Part shown: in pieces, positions 18,059 to 26,857 of the stretch
Layout of the letters: the number at the start of each line of letters is the position of its first letter
How positions within the stretch are numbered: position 1 is the first letter of the stretch
DNA from: Bacteroidota bacterium
GTDB lineage: Bacteria; Bacteroidota; Bacteroidia; Palsa-965
NCBI GenBank assembly: GCA_003153435.1
Contig: PLYR01000104.1
Coordinates: 2,796-66,795, forward strand
Direction of reading: 5' to 3'
DNA: 64,000 bases
Made by a program: the position numbers and the translations under genes
Notes under the pieces: generated by a model
The model's database searches: none
The model's input: only the letters and a program-made list of their open reading frames with translations
Told to the model about the DNA's origin: nothing

Positions 18059-18433
18059 TTACTTCACTGATGAAGCAGGAGAAGGACTCTCTTCTCCTTT
18101 TGCTTTCGGAGGGAGATGTATTTCCTGTATCACAATTTCTGTAAAGTAACGCTTCACTCCCTCTTTGTCTTCATAAGTCTTTGTAGTCAGTCGTCCTTTA
18201 ATGGTTAGCTCAGATCCTTTTTTGGTTAGCTTTTCCAAAATCTCAGCCTCTTTTCCCCAGGCAACCAGGTTATGCCACTGAGTTTCTGTAATCCACTCTC
18301 CTTTCGCATTTTTGTAATGATCCGAGGTGGCCATGGTTACCTTTGCCATTTTCTTGCCTCCTTCAAAACTTTTAATCTCTGGATCCCTTCCGAGATTTCC
18401 GATCAGTTGTACACTGTTGCAGATTGTTTTCAT
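18059..18433 (-). CDS. ssb: Single-stranded DNA-binding protein (short, no acidic DDIPF-type tail)
   Basis: NSVQLIGNLGRDPE, ETQWHNLVAWGK, GRLTTKTYEDKEGVKRYFTEIV. Confidence 0.93.
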   Translation of the reverse strand: MKTICNSVQLIGNLGRDPEIKSFEGGKKMAKVTMATSDHYKNAKGEWITETQWHNLVAWGKEAEILEKLTKKGSELTIKGRLTTKTYEDKEGVKRYFTEIVIQEIHLPPKAKGEESPSPASSVK

Positions 18434-18570
18434 GTGTTTGTTTTTTTATTTGTTTTCCTTGCTCCTGTCCTTTGACAAGTTTCTTTTTTTTTTCAACTTT
18501 GATCCGCTGAAATGGATGCAGCTGAATCAAATTGATAAGGCAAAGGTGCTGCTCACCGGTGCTGTTATTC

Positions 18571-18622
18571 GGTTGATAAACATTTACATCCGTATGTAGT
18601 CGTTTGTAAGCGTTTACAAACG
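18571..18622. promoter_or_regulatory. Phased 10-bp array of overlapping CGTTTRYAAACG-like palindromes (candidate operator)
   Basis: ggttgataaa/catttacatc/cgtatgtagt/cgtttgtaag/cgtttacaaa/cg; includes the perfect inverted repeat CGTTTGTAA-gcgt-TTACAAACG at 18601-18622. Confidence 0.7.
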
Positions 18623-18649
18623 GCTTTCTGTCTGATACCGTTGGAAACC

Positions 18650-19009
18650 ATGAGCAAAGTATGTGCAGCATGTGGGGAACTCTTTTCGGGCCGTACCGAT
18701 AAAAAATTCTGTTCTGATTCCTGCCGAAATTTCTTCCATAACAAGCAAAACAGTGAAGCAAGCAATTACCTTCGGAGTGTTAACAATATCCTTCGAAAAA
18801 ACAGGAGAATCCTACATGATCTGCTCACAGAGAAGGATACCCTGACTTGCTCTCGTGCCAAACTCCTGGAGCATGGCTTTGACTTCACTTTTTTTACCGG
18901 AACATTTACGAACAGAAACGGGGACATCTATTTCTTTTGTTACGAATTCGGATACCTGCCTTTGAAGAATGATTATTTTTGCCTGGTACGCAAACGGATA
19001 TCCGATTGA
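18650..19009 (+). CDS. Cys4 zinc-ribbon hypothetical protein (DUF2116-like N-terminus)
   Basis: CAACG...GRTDKKFCSDSCR, basic helix NNILRKNRRIL, GFDFTFFT, YFFCYEFGY; ATG 18650 preferred to TTG 18641. Confidence 0.85.
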   Translation: MSKVCAACGELFSGRTDKKFCSDSCRNFFHNKQNSEASNYLRSVNNILRKNRRILHDLLTEKDTLTCSRAKLLEHGFDFTFFTGTFTNRNGDIYFFCYEFGYLPLKNDYFCLVRKRISD

Positions 19010-19551
19010 AAATTCCTTTCTATCTTCTTCTATACCCTTCCGGGCCTGGGAATGACCTCGTGCTTAGACTGAAAAAAGAACTGAGTGATACCCAGGCTTA
19101 TAAAAACAATTCGTTAAACGCCCCCCCTCACTGGACCTTATGCAGCTTTGCTGTGAAAGCCGGACAGGAGCAGGAGCTTCTGGATCAACTCGATCAGCTG
19201 GCCCCAACTGTTCAGGGGCTGACAACTCTTACCGCCGGAATTTCTTCTTTTCATTCAACAGGTACACTGTACGTTGATTTGAAGGAGAAAGAGCATTGCA
19301 TGGCCCTGCAACTGGAAATCGTTCAAGAGTTAAAAAAACGCTTGCCTTTTCTGAAAAGAAATATGCTTATCGCTTCAGTACCCCATCTTACCATTATCCG
19401 TGGGGTGAAGGCTGACTTGTTGGAAGAGATTAAGAAGGAGCTGAAAAACGGTTACGAAGAGTCAGTTTGTAATTTCAATTCTTTATCCCTTCTTCAGGAA
19501 CAGTCTGGAAAAATGAAACTGCTAAAGAGTTGGAACCTCCATGAGAAGTAA
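19006..19551 (+). CDS. 2H phosphoesterase (2'-5' RNA ligase family)
   Basis: Two HxT motifs (PHWTL, PHLTI); probable TTG start overlapping the upstream TGA; start uncertain. Confidence 0.8.
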   Translation: MKIPFYLLLYPSGPGNDLVLRLKKELSDTQAYKNNSLNAPPHWTLCSFAVKAGQEQELLDQLDQLAPTVQGLTTLTAGISSFHSTGTLYVDLKEKEHCMALQLEIVQELKKRLPFLKRNMLIASVPHLTIIRGVKADLLEEIKKELKNGYEESVCNFNSLSLLQEQSGKMKLLKSWNLHEK

Positions 19552-19555
19552 GGTT

Positions 19556-20083
19556 TTATTGGACAGAATTTCTTTCCAGTTCTTTTAAAACCTTTCTGGA
19601 TCGCGCCAGAAAGCCTGGGCTTCCGTGAACAGCTTGTTCTTTCAGAATCAACTTGAGTTCTTGTTGGAGATCAGGTTCCGACTTACATAAATTGGCCAGT
19701 ACGGTCATGCTGAAAACTTTTACCGCTACCGGTTCAGAAGAGCTTTGAAGGAAGTGGAAACAGCTTTCTGCCAGGAGTCCCTGTAGTCTTGATGGGACAT
19801 TCATAAATTGAAGAATTCGAACCGTATTTCGCTTGACTGCATCCGGAAGGCCGGGCTGAGTTAAGTTGCGGATGATTTTTTCAAGCCATCCATTCAATAG
19901 GCCTGGGTAAATACTGACACAGATATTCACTACGCCGGCAGCCCGTTGTGTAACCCGGTACTCCTTTCCCAAAAAAAGCTTCATGAGTTCTGAAAAACGT
20001 TTTTTATCCTCGCCGATAAAATCGGCAATAGACATCATTTGTTTTTTGGAGTGTTCTTTCAATAAGGCTTGACGGATATCCAT
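19556..20083 (-). CDS. Conserved hypothetical HEAT/ARM-like helical protein
   Basis: MDIRQALLKEHSK, RVTQRAA, AVKRNTVRILQF, EPVAVKVFSMTVL; start moved to ATG 20083. Confidence 0.8.
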   Translation of the reverse strand: MDIRQALLKEHSKKQMMSIADFIGEDKKRFSELMKLFLGKEYRVTQRAAGVVNICVSIYPGLLNGWLEKIIRNLTQPGLPDAVKRNTVRILQFMNVPSRLQGLLAESCFHFLQSSSEPVAVKVFSMTVLANLCKSEPDLQQELKLILKEQAVHGSPGFLARSRKVLKELERNSVQ

Positions 20084-20100
20084 TGTGAAAAGGTATAAAG

Positions 20101-20132
20101 AAAAAAGGCTGCTCACATTGAGCAGCCTTTTT
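20101..20132. terminator. Intrinsic terminator after susD (bidirectional form)
   Basis: AAAAAAGGCTGCTCA-ca-TTGAGCAGCCTTTTT, near-perfect stem flanked by A and T tracts, 20 nt past the susD stop. Confidence 0.9.
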
Positions 20133-20152
20133 ATTAAGAATAGATCCTGAAA

Positions 20153-21517
20153 CTATTGGGCAAACCAAACCGGTGTGCTCAATGGAATAAACACCGCATT
20201 TGAATTGGCTGCTTCTTCTGCCAGGTCTGTTGGGAGGCGTTTTGGAATGTAATTTAACGCTGCTCCCGGACGAATTTTCAGCATAGGGAAACCAGTTCTC
20301 CGGTAATCCGCATAAGCTTCCAAAGGCTGACCGAACATCGCTTTCCATTTCTCAAGCATTACCGTATGCACCGTTGCAGTAAGCGGTGTGTATTTGGTAA
20401 GTCTGTAATAGCCTGTAGTGTCTCCATTTCTTACCGCGCTTACGCTTGCAAGGATGGCATTGTTCAGCACTAAAGCCGTGGTAGGGTCGCTGGTACGGGC
20501 AAGAGCTTCTGCCTGAATGAATAAGGCTTCAGCATAGGTAACCAAAGGTGTAGGCAGGTTTTCAGCCGCGTTGTAGAGATAAGGTCCTAAAGCAGATGTA
20601 CCGTTGGAAGTACCAAGTGGGCATCCAATAGGTCCAGTTCCGCTTGTACCGGTAGTGTCAAAGTACCATGGAGTACGTGGGTCGTTCATATTACCCATGG
20701 AATCGATGAGGGTCTGAGCGGCGAAGTTGTAACCACGTCCATCCTGAAATGCTGCCCACTGATTAGGGTCCGAACTGGTATGCAAAGTCATACAGTTGTC
20801 AGCATTGGATGTCATAGCGTTAGCCAGATCCGCAAGCACATTGGCAGAAGCATTAGGGTCTCTTCTGCTCAATAAATTGTGGTAACGTGCCTTGAGTGTC
20901 CAAGCGGTCTTTATCCAGGCAGCTATATTACCGTTAAAAATCAGATCATCTCCAGCAGGAACAGCCTGGTTGGCTGAAACCGGTTTGTTTAGGTCGACAA
21001 TCGCCTGATCCAGTAAGGTCTGAATACTTCCGAAAATATCGCTCTGAGCATCCATCTTTGGCTGGGTTACATTTCCTTCCAGATTGAATGCCTGGGAATA
21101 AGGAACATCTCCCCACAGTTCAGTAGCAATTCCCAGGTTGATAGCCATGTTTATTTTCGCAATACCCGCATGGTAAGGATAGGCACCTTCATATTGGGTA
21201 TAGAGAAGTTTGGCGTTCTTCATGGCCCCGACATAGAGTCCGGTCCAGTAGTTGTCCATATCAAAAGCACTGAGGATATACTCGTCGTATGCAGTAGACT
21301 GAGCCACGCATCCGCTTTGATACTGCATTAAGATAGCTGAAATTCTACCTAAACCGGATTCATAGTTATTGGTAGTATTTGCTTCAACTCCGGTCAGCAT
21401 GGAAGCTGGTGTGGCTGTTGCAGGTTGGTTTGGGTTTTTGTAAAGGTCATCACCTTTTCTGCAACCACTTAAAGCTGCAACTGCAAAGGCAAGAATCAAT
21501 ATATTTTTTGTTTTCAT
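20153..21517 (-). CDS. SusD/RagB family lipoprotein
   Basis: Lipobox LSGC, NPNQP, WGDVPYSQA, DLIFNGNIAAW, EAYADYRRTGFP. Confidence 0.93.
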   Translation of the reverse strand: MKTKNILILAFAVAALSGCRKGDDLYKNPNQPATATPASMLTGVEANTTNNYESGLGRISAILMQYQSGCVAQSTAYDEYILSAFDMDNYWTGLYVGAMKNAKLLYTQYEGAYPYHAGIAKINMAINLGIATELWGDVPYSQAFNLEGNVTQPKMDAQSDIFGSIQTLLDQAIVDLNKPVSANQAVPAGDDLIFNGNIAAWIKTAWTLKARYHNLLSRRDPNASANVLADLANAMTSNADNCMTLHTSSDPNQWAAFQDGRGYNFAAQTLIDSMGNMNDPRTPWYFDTTGTSGTGPIGCPLGTSNGTSALGPYLYNAAENLPTPLVTYAEALFIQAEALARTSDPTTALVLNNAILASVSAVRNGDTTGYYRLTKYTPLTATVHTVMLEKWKAMFGQPLEAYADYRRTGFPMLKIRPGAALNYIPKRLPTDLAEEAANSNAVFIPLSTPVWFAQ

Positions 21518-21544
21518 GTTTCTATGTTTTGGAATTGAGCTTGA

Positions 21545-24500
21545 TTAAAGACCTACTTTTATGTTAAACATATAGGATTTGGTATTGGGGTTATTGAAAT
21601 AATCCCAACCATTGATCTGAGAACCTGCACCGGTAAGGCTGGTTTCAGGATCCACTCCGGTATATTTAGTGAAGAGCAGCAGGTTTCTTGCACTCACTCC
21701 GAGTTCCACATACTGAACAAAACATTTTTTCTCTGGTTTAGCCAGATTGAAACGGTAGCTCAGATTAACAGAACGCAAACGTACCCATCCACCATTCTGA
21801 ATACTGTTCTCTGCAGGACCGTTTTGTCCAAGATAATCCGAGAAGTAAGTTTTAGCATCGATAGAGGTAGTGTTTTGTGCACCTGGGTGTGCTGTACCTG
21901 GACCATATACTCCATCAACGGTGTAAGTCTGGTTACGAGCATCGGATGCATCAGAACGTCCGCGGGAGTTCAAGCTGGAAAGTGTTCCGTTCCAGATCAT
22001 ACCTCCGTGACGAACATCCCAAAGGAAGCTGAAGCTAAGGTTTTTGTACTTTAAGATGTTATTCATACCAGCCAGCCAGTCAGGGTTGGGGTTACCAAGC
22101 ACCTGTGGGTTTGGGTTCAGCATCGGAACTCCATTGTCTCCGATCTGAAGCCTTCCGTTAGCGTCACGCAACCAGGCAGTTCCATAAAGGGTACCTACTG
22201 CATGATTCGGAAGAGCTACTGCCTGAGGATCTCCAAAACCTTGTTCAATATTGATGAAGTTAACCCCGGTAGGGAGTGCACCAACAGAATTCACGTTTTT
22301 GCTCCAGTTGGTCATGATGGTCCAGGTGAAATCTTTCATCTTGATTGGAACAAGGCCCAGGGCAATTTCAGTTCCTTTGTTATCAATCTCAGCAAAGTTG
22401 GTGAATTTGTACTGATAGCCTGTGCTTGGTGCTTCTGGAAGAAGGATCAGTACATCTGTTGTTTTTCTGGAGTACAAAGCAAGGTCCAAAGTAACACGAG
22501 AGTCAAAGAAACGAAGGTCAAGACCGCCTTCAATTTCGTTTGTTTTCTCAGGCTTCAAAGCTGGATCGTTGAGTGCATTGCTGATACCGAAGGCGGTATT
22601 CCCGTTGTAAGGGAAACCAAGTCCGTTTGTCCATCCGTCCGCAATAATAGGAGTTGCATAATTGGTCAATGTAGAGTAGGGTGCAGGAGCTTTACCAACA
22701 CTGGCAAAAGAAGCTCTAGCTTTTCCAAAGGAGAACCATTTTGGAAGCTTAATGGTTTCACTGAATACCCAGCTCAAATCAGCTTTAGGGTAGAAGAAGC
22801 TTTTGCCGTCCCGTCCGAAACTGGTGTTCCATTCGTTACGAGCTGCTACATCAAGATAAATAGCGCGTTTGTAATCAACAGAAACATCTGCCAGAACCGC
22901 ATCCGAATGTTGGTATTGTTCGTAGTTGCTGTTGTATAGGGTTGCAGCATTCGAGAAGTTGTAGAAACCTGGGATCAGAAGGCCTCTTCCGCGGGCAAAT
23001 ACCGAGGAGTACTGATCGTAGAAGAAGTTGAATCCGGCCATAGCACTGAAACCGATGTCTTCGGTGAGCTGCGTATTGAATTTACCAAGGATATCCTGGT
23101 AAATCTGTCTGCTGTCAATGTTGGTGCGGTTTACCTGTCCAAGTTGATCATTCAGGTCATCTCCCATGGAGCCTACAGCAAAAATCTGCTGGTTGCTGGT
23201 ATGGTAGGCATCAACCCCGGTCCTTGAGGTCAGTGTGATCTTTTCGGTAGGGTGAAGATTGAAGAAGATGTTACCAAACATACGGTTGGTCTCATCCGTA
23301 AAAGGATTTTCGTTGGTAGTGAACCAGGTGTTATCGTAGGTACCATAGTACTGACGCTGGGTTCCGTTTGGCAGCAGATACTGGCTTCCGTCGAAATTGA
23401 TCGGCATACGAAGCAAAGAAAGCATGGTTCCGGAAAGATTGGATCCGTTTTGTGGCTTTTCAGTTGCTGTATTCGCGTAAGAAACACTTGCACCAAAGTC
23501 AAGCCATTTGTTCACCTTGTGATCTGCATTGATATGCACACTGGTTCTGTCCAGTTTTGAAGTTGGAACGATACCGGTCTGGTGTGTATTACCAATGCTC
23601 AGACGGATTGATGAATTGTCATTTCCGGAAGAAATCGCTACGTTATTATTAGTAGTAATGCCGGTCTGGAAGAAATTTCCGGGGTTATCATAAACCTTTA
23701 AACCGGGAATTGTACTTGCAGCAGGGCCCCAACTGTAACCGGTACCAGGAGTCAATACGGCATATCCGGGTCCCGGTCCATAAGTAAGAGGGTGGTATGC
23801 TGCGGTCGACTGGCTGTTGCCAGCCCAGGTTCCCTGAACATAATCATTTTGCAATCCAGGTAATTTATTTACCTGATCCATAGCAACGGAAGAGCTGTAT
23901 GTAACAGACATTTTACCTGGTTTGCCACGTTTAGTAGTATAGATGATAGCACCGTTGGCTCCTTTGGAACCATAAAGTGCAGCAGCAGCTGCACCTTTGA
24001 GAATAGTAACGGATTCGATATCGTCCGGATTGATGTCCAGTCCACGATTGGACTCGTTTACACCAGTCAGATTCGCATTATAAGGGTTATCCCCTGCGCT
24101 TACGTTATTTACGCTGTTGTCAACTGGAACTCCATCTACAACAATCATAGGTGTATTATCCAGAAAGAGGGAGTTTGTTCCACGAATCTGAATTTTGGTA
24201 GAAGCACCAGGAGTTCCTCCGGAACCTGTAACCTGAACACCCGGAGCCTTAGCAGCAAGAGCTTCTAAAGCATTGGTTTCACCCGATTCCCGTACAGCAT
24301 CACCGCTTACAGTCGAAACCGAGTATCCAAGGGCTTTTGTTTCCTTGGTAACACCCAGAGCGGTTACAACCACTTCTTTAATTTCAATTCCCACTTTCAT
24401 GCTCACATTCACCTCACCGGTTGTTCCGGCAGGAAGAGTTTGTGTAGCCATACCCACATATGAAAATACAAGCTTCGCATCCGCCGATGGCACATCTATC

Positions 24501-24691
24501 TTGTAAGCTCCATTGACATCTGTAACTACTCCTTTAGTAGTACCTTCTACTTTGACGACGACACCAGGGAGTGGCTGGCCATCATCACTAGCTTTCACTA
24601 CACCTTTGACAGAAGTCTGGGCGAAGGCTCCAGTTGCCGTAAGCAACAGAAATAGTAAAAACACTTGCCATTTTTGTTTCATTTGTTTCAT
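21545..24691 (-). CDS. SusC/RagA TonB-dependent outer-membrane transporter
   Basis: Signal peptide AFA|Q, EVVVTALG, DINPDDIESVTILKGAAAAALYGSKGANG, LKPEKTNEIEGGLD, YTGVDPE. Confidence 0.96.
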   Translation of the reverse strand: MKQMKQKWQVFLLFLLLTATGAFAQTSVKGVVKASDDGQPLPGVVVKVEGTTKGVVTDVNGAYKIDVPSADAKLVFSYVGMATQTLPAGTTGEVNVSMKVGIEIKEVVVTALGVTKETKALGYSVSTVSGDAVRESGETNALEALAAKAPGVQVTGSGGTPGASTKIQIRGTNSLFLDNTPMIVVDGVPVDNSVNNVSAGDNPYNANLTGVNESNRGLDINPDDIESVTILKGAAAAALYGSKGANGAIIYTTKRGKPGKMSVTYSSSVAMDQVNKLPGLQNDYVQGTWAGNSQSTAAYHPLTYGPGPGYAVLTPGTGYSWGPAASTIPGLKVYDNPGNFFQTGITTNNNVAISSGNDNSSIRLSIGNTHQTGIVPTSKLDRTSVHINADHKVNKWLDFGASVSYANTATEKPQNGSNLSGTMLSLLRMPINFDGSQYLLPNGTQRQYYGTYDNTWFTTNENPFTDETNRMFGNIFFNLHPTEKITLTSRTGVDAYHTSNQQIFAVGSMGDDLNDQLGQVNRTNIDSRQIYQDILGKFNTQLTEDIGFSAMAGFNFFYDQYSSVFARGRGLLIPGFYNFSNAATLYNSNYEQYQHSDAVLADVSVDYKRAIYLDVAARNEWNTSFGRDGKSFFYPKADLSWVFSETIKLPKWFSFGKARASFASVGKAPAPYSTLTNYATPIIADGWTNGLGFPYNGNTAFGISNALNDPALKPEKTNEIEGGLDLRFFDSRVTLDLALYSRKTTDVLILLPEAPSTGYQYKFTNFAEIDNKGTEIALGLVPIKMKDFTWTIMTNWSKNVNSVGALPTGVNFINIEQGFGDPQAVALPNHAVGTLYGTAWLRDANGRLQIGDNGVPMLNPNPQVLGNPNPDWLAGMNNILKYKNLSFSFLWDVRHGGMIWNGTLSSLNSRGRSDASDARNQTYTVDGVYGPGTAHPGAQNTTSIDAKTYFSDYLGQNGPAENSIQNGGWVRLRSVNLSYRFNLAKPEKKCFVQYVELGVSARNLLLFTKYTGVDPETSLTGAGSQINGWDYFNNPNTKSYMFNIKVGL

Positions 24692-24851
24692 TGTTTATGT
24701 TGATTTTTATTGAACTGATTGTATTTATTTAGGTTGAAGATTTACGAAGGGAAAAGGTTTCATTTTTAACATTCTTTAGCAATTTTTCGGGGTAAATGTA
24801 TTCAAATTATATCACCCCATCAATGGACGGTTAATTATCCGGACAGGCGGC

Positions 24852-24859
24852 CAAAAGTA
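24852..24859 (-). promoter_or_regulatory. -7 element (TACTTTTG) for susCD
   Basis: TAnnTTTG match ~160 nt upstream of susC. Confidence 0.55.
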
Positions 24860-25101
24860 GTAAAAAATTAATGATAAGATAATAAAGAGACTTCCTCCAA
24901 TGAATTGGAAGAAATCAGATGGCCATTCGTCACTGAAATTTGAATATTGATCGAAACTACCCTTAATCTTGTCTTCAAAGACCTCCCTGTTTCTGCTCTG
25001 TTAATTTGGCATAAATAAGACCCGGAATGGATCCGGACACGAATGCTTTCATCTTTTTGGAAAGTTTATAAATAAGGAGGATGCTTGATCGAAATTGCGC
25101 T

Positions 25102-25109
25102 TAAATTTG
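25102..25109 (+). promoter_or_regulatory. -7 element (TAAATTTG) for recN
   Basis: TAnnTTTG match 19 nt upstream of ATG. Confidence 0.65.
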
Positions 25110-25128
25110 CCATTCGGTTTAAATCTAT

Positions 25129-26790
25129 ATGATTCAGGAACTTTCAATCTCTAATTATGCACTGATAGACCAGCTGGATATTGTTTTTCAGCCAGGTCTT
25201 ACCATTATTACAGGGGAAACCGGTGCTGGAAAATCGATTCTCCTGGGTGCTCTGGGATTAATTCTGGGACAAAGAGCCGATACCGGGAGCTTACAGGATA
25301 AATCCAAAAAATGTACTGTTGAAGCCGTTTTTAGTATTAAGGGCCTGAACCTCGAAAGCTTTTTCAGCCTGCATGATTTGGATTATTCGGAAGTTTGTAC
25401 CATTCGCCGTGAAATTAGTATCGAAGGAAAAGGGCGTGCATTTGTAAATGACACTCCTGTTAATTTGCAGATACTGAAGGAGATAGGATCGAATTTGATT
25501 GATATTCATTCCCAGCATGAAACTCTAACCCTCAGTGATTCCGCCTTTCAACTCGCAGTATTGGATGCTTTTGCAGCAAATGAAACGTTGTTAAAGGACT
25601 ATCAGACTATATATCAACTTTACCGCAAGCTTGAGTCGAAGTTCAAAAGCCTGATCGAAGAAGAGGCTGCCTCCAAAAGGGATCTGGATTACTACCAGTT
25701 TCAATTTAACGAACTGGAGCTTGCTGCTTTGGATAAACTGAATCTGGAACAACTGGAATCAGAGCTGGAAGTACTAAATAATGCAGAGGAAATTAAAATT
25801 CACCTCAACCGGGCTTCCTCTTCTCTCAATGGAGGAGAAGTAAATTTGATTACCTCACTGAACGAAATCAAAACAATTCTTAGCGGGCTATCCCGGTTCA
25901 ATTCGTCTTTTGTGGAGCTCTCCGGGCGAATTAACAGTTCTTTTATTGAACTCAAAGATATTGCATCTGAGCTTGAAACTCTGGAGCAAGGTGTGGTCTT
26001 CGACCCTGATAGAGTAGGGGAGTTGAATATTTGCCTGGACGCGGTCTACCGCCTCTTTCAGAAACATCAGGTTAAAAGTATACCCGAGCTTATTGTTATT
26101 CGGGATGATTTGTCTGGGAAACTTCTCAGCATCGCTTCTCTAGAATCAGCGATTAAGGCTTGTGAAAAGGAACTTCAGAATTGCAAAAAAGCTCTTTTAG
26201 AGAAGGCTTCTACGCTGTCTATAACCAGAAATAAATTCAAAACTATCCTGGAGAAGGAACTCAAACAACTACTCACTCAATTGGGTATGCCGGATGCTTC
26301 GATTCAGGCAAGGTGTCTACCGCTTTCTGAAAACGAAATGAATACTTATGGGTTGGACCGTCTGAATTTTTTCTTCTCTGCCAATAAAGGAGGTGAGATG
26401 AAGGAATTGAATAAAGTTGCATCCGGGGGAGAGTTGTCCCGGTTGATGCTTAGCATCAAGTCTGTCATTGCAAAAAAAACATCACTTCCTGCCATCATCT
26501 TTGATGAAATTGATACCGGGGTCTCCGGCGATATCGCTGATAAAGTGGGTTCTATTATGGAACAGATGGCACTGGGAATGCAGGTGATAACCATTACTCA
26601 TTTGCCTCAGATAGCCAGTAAGGGAGCTACTCATCTTTATGTATATAAAGAAATCACCGCACAAAAAACATTTACCCGGATCAGGCAACTGAAAAAGGAG
26701 GAGCGTATTCAGGAAATTGCAAAGATGCTGAGTACTGGTCAACCTGGACCTGCGGCATTGAAAAATGCAAAAGAGCTTCTGAATTCCTGA
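25129..26790 (+). CDS. recN: DNA repair protein RecN
   Basis: ITGETGAGKS, IDIHSQHE, coiled coil, ASGGELSRLML, IFDEIDTGVSG, ITHLPQIA. Confidence 0.97.
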   Translation: MIQELSISNYALIDQLDIVFQPGLTIITGETGAGKSILLGALGLILGQRADTGSLQDKSKKCTVEAVFSIKGLNLESFFSLHDLDYSEVCTIRREISIEGKGRAFVNDTPVNLQILKEIGSNLIDIHSQHETLTLSDSAFQLAVLDAFAANETLLKDYQTIYQLYRKLESKFKSLIEEEAASKRDLDYYQFQFNELELAALDKLNLEQLESELEVLNNAEEIKIHLNRASSSLNGGEVNLITSLNEIKTILSGLSRFNSSFVELSGRINSSFIELKDIASELETLEQGVVFDPDRVGELNICLDAVYRLFQKHQVKSIPELIVIRDDLSGKLLSIASLESAIKACEKELQNCKKALLEKASTLSITRNKFKTILEKELKQLLTQLGMPDASIQARCLPLSENEMNTYGLDRLNFFFSANKGGEMKELNKVASGGELSRLMLSIKSVIAKKTSLPAIIFDEIDTGVSGDIADKVGSIMEQMALGMQVITITHLPQIASKGATHLYVYKEITAQKTFTRIRQLKKEERIQEIAKMLSTGQPGPAALKNAKELLNS

Positions 26791-26808
26791 TCTGCTTGGT
26801 TAATCTCT

Positions 26809-26816
26809 TATATTTG
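26809..26816 (+). promoter_or_regulatory. -7 element (TATATTTG) for fabI
   Basis: TAnnTTTG match in the recN-fabI spacer. Confidence 0.6.
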
Positions 26817-26857
26817 TCTTCTATCACAATTACTTTTCACGCAATAACTTAAAAAAA

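Noticed and set aside
18484..18493. T10 homopolymer (and the A-run near 1525) as phase-variation switches
   Set aside because: Both are intergenic, in AT-rich context, and a single sequence gives no evidence of length variation.
24692..25128. tRNA, riboswitch or sRNA in the longest intergenic region
   Set aside because: No cloverleaf or recognisable riboswitch consensus by eye; an Infernal/Rfam search would be needed to exclude one.
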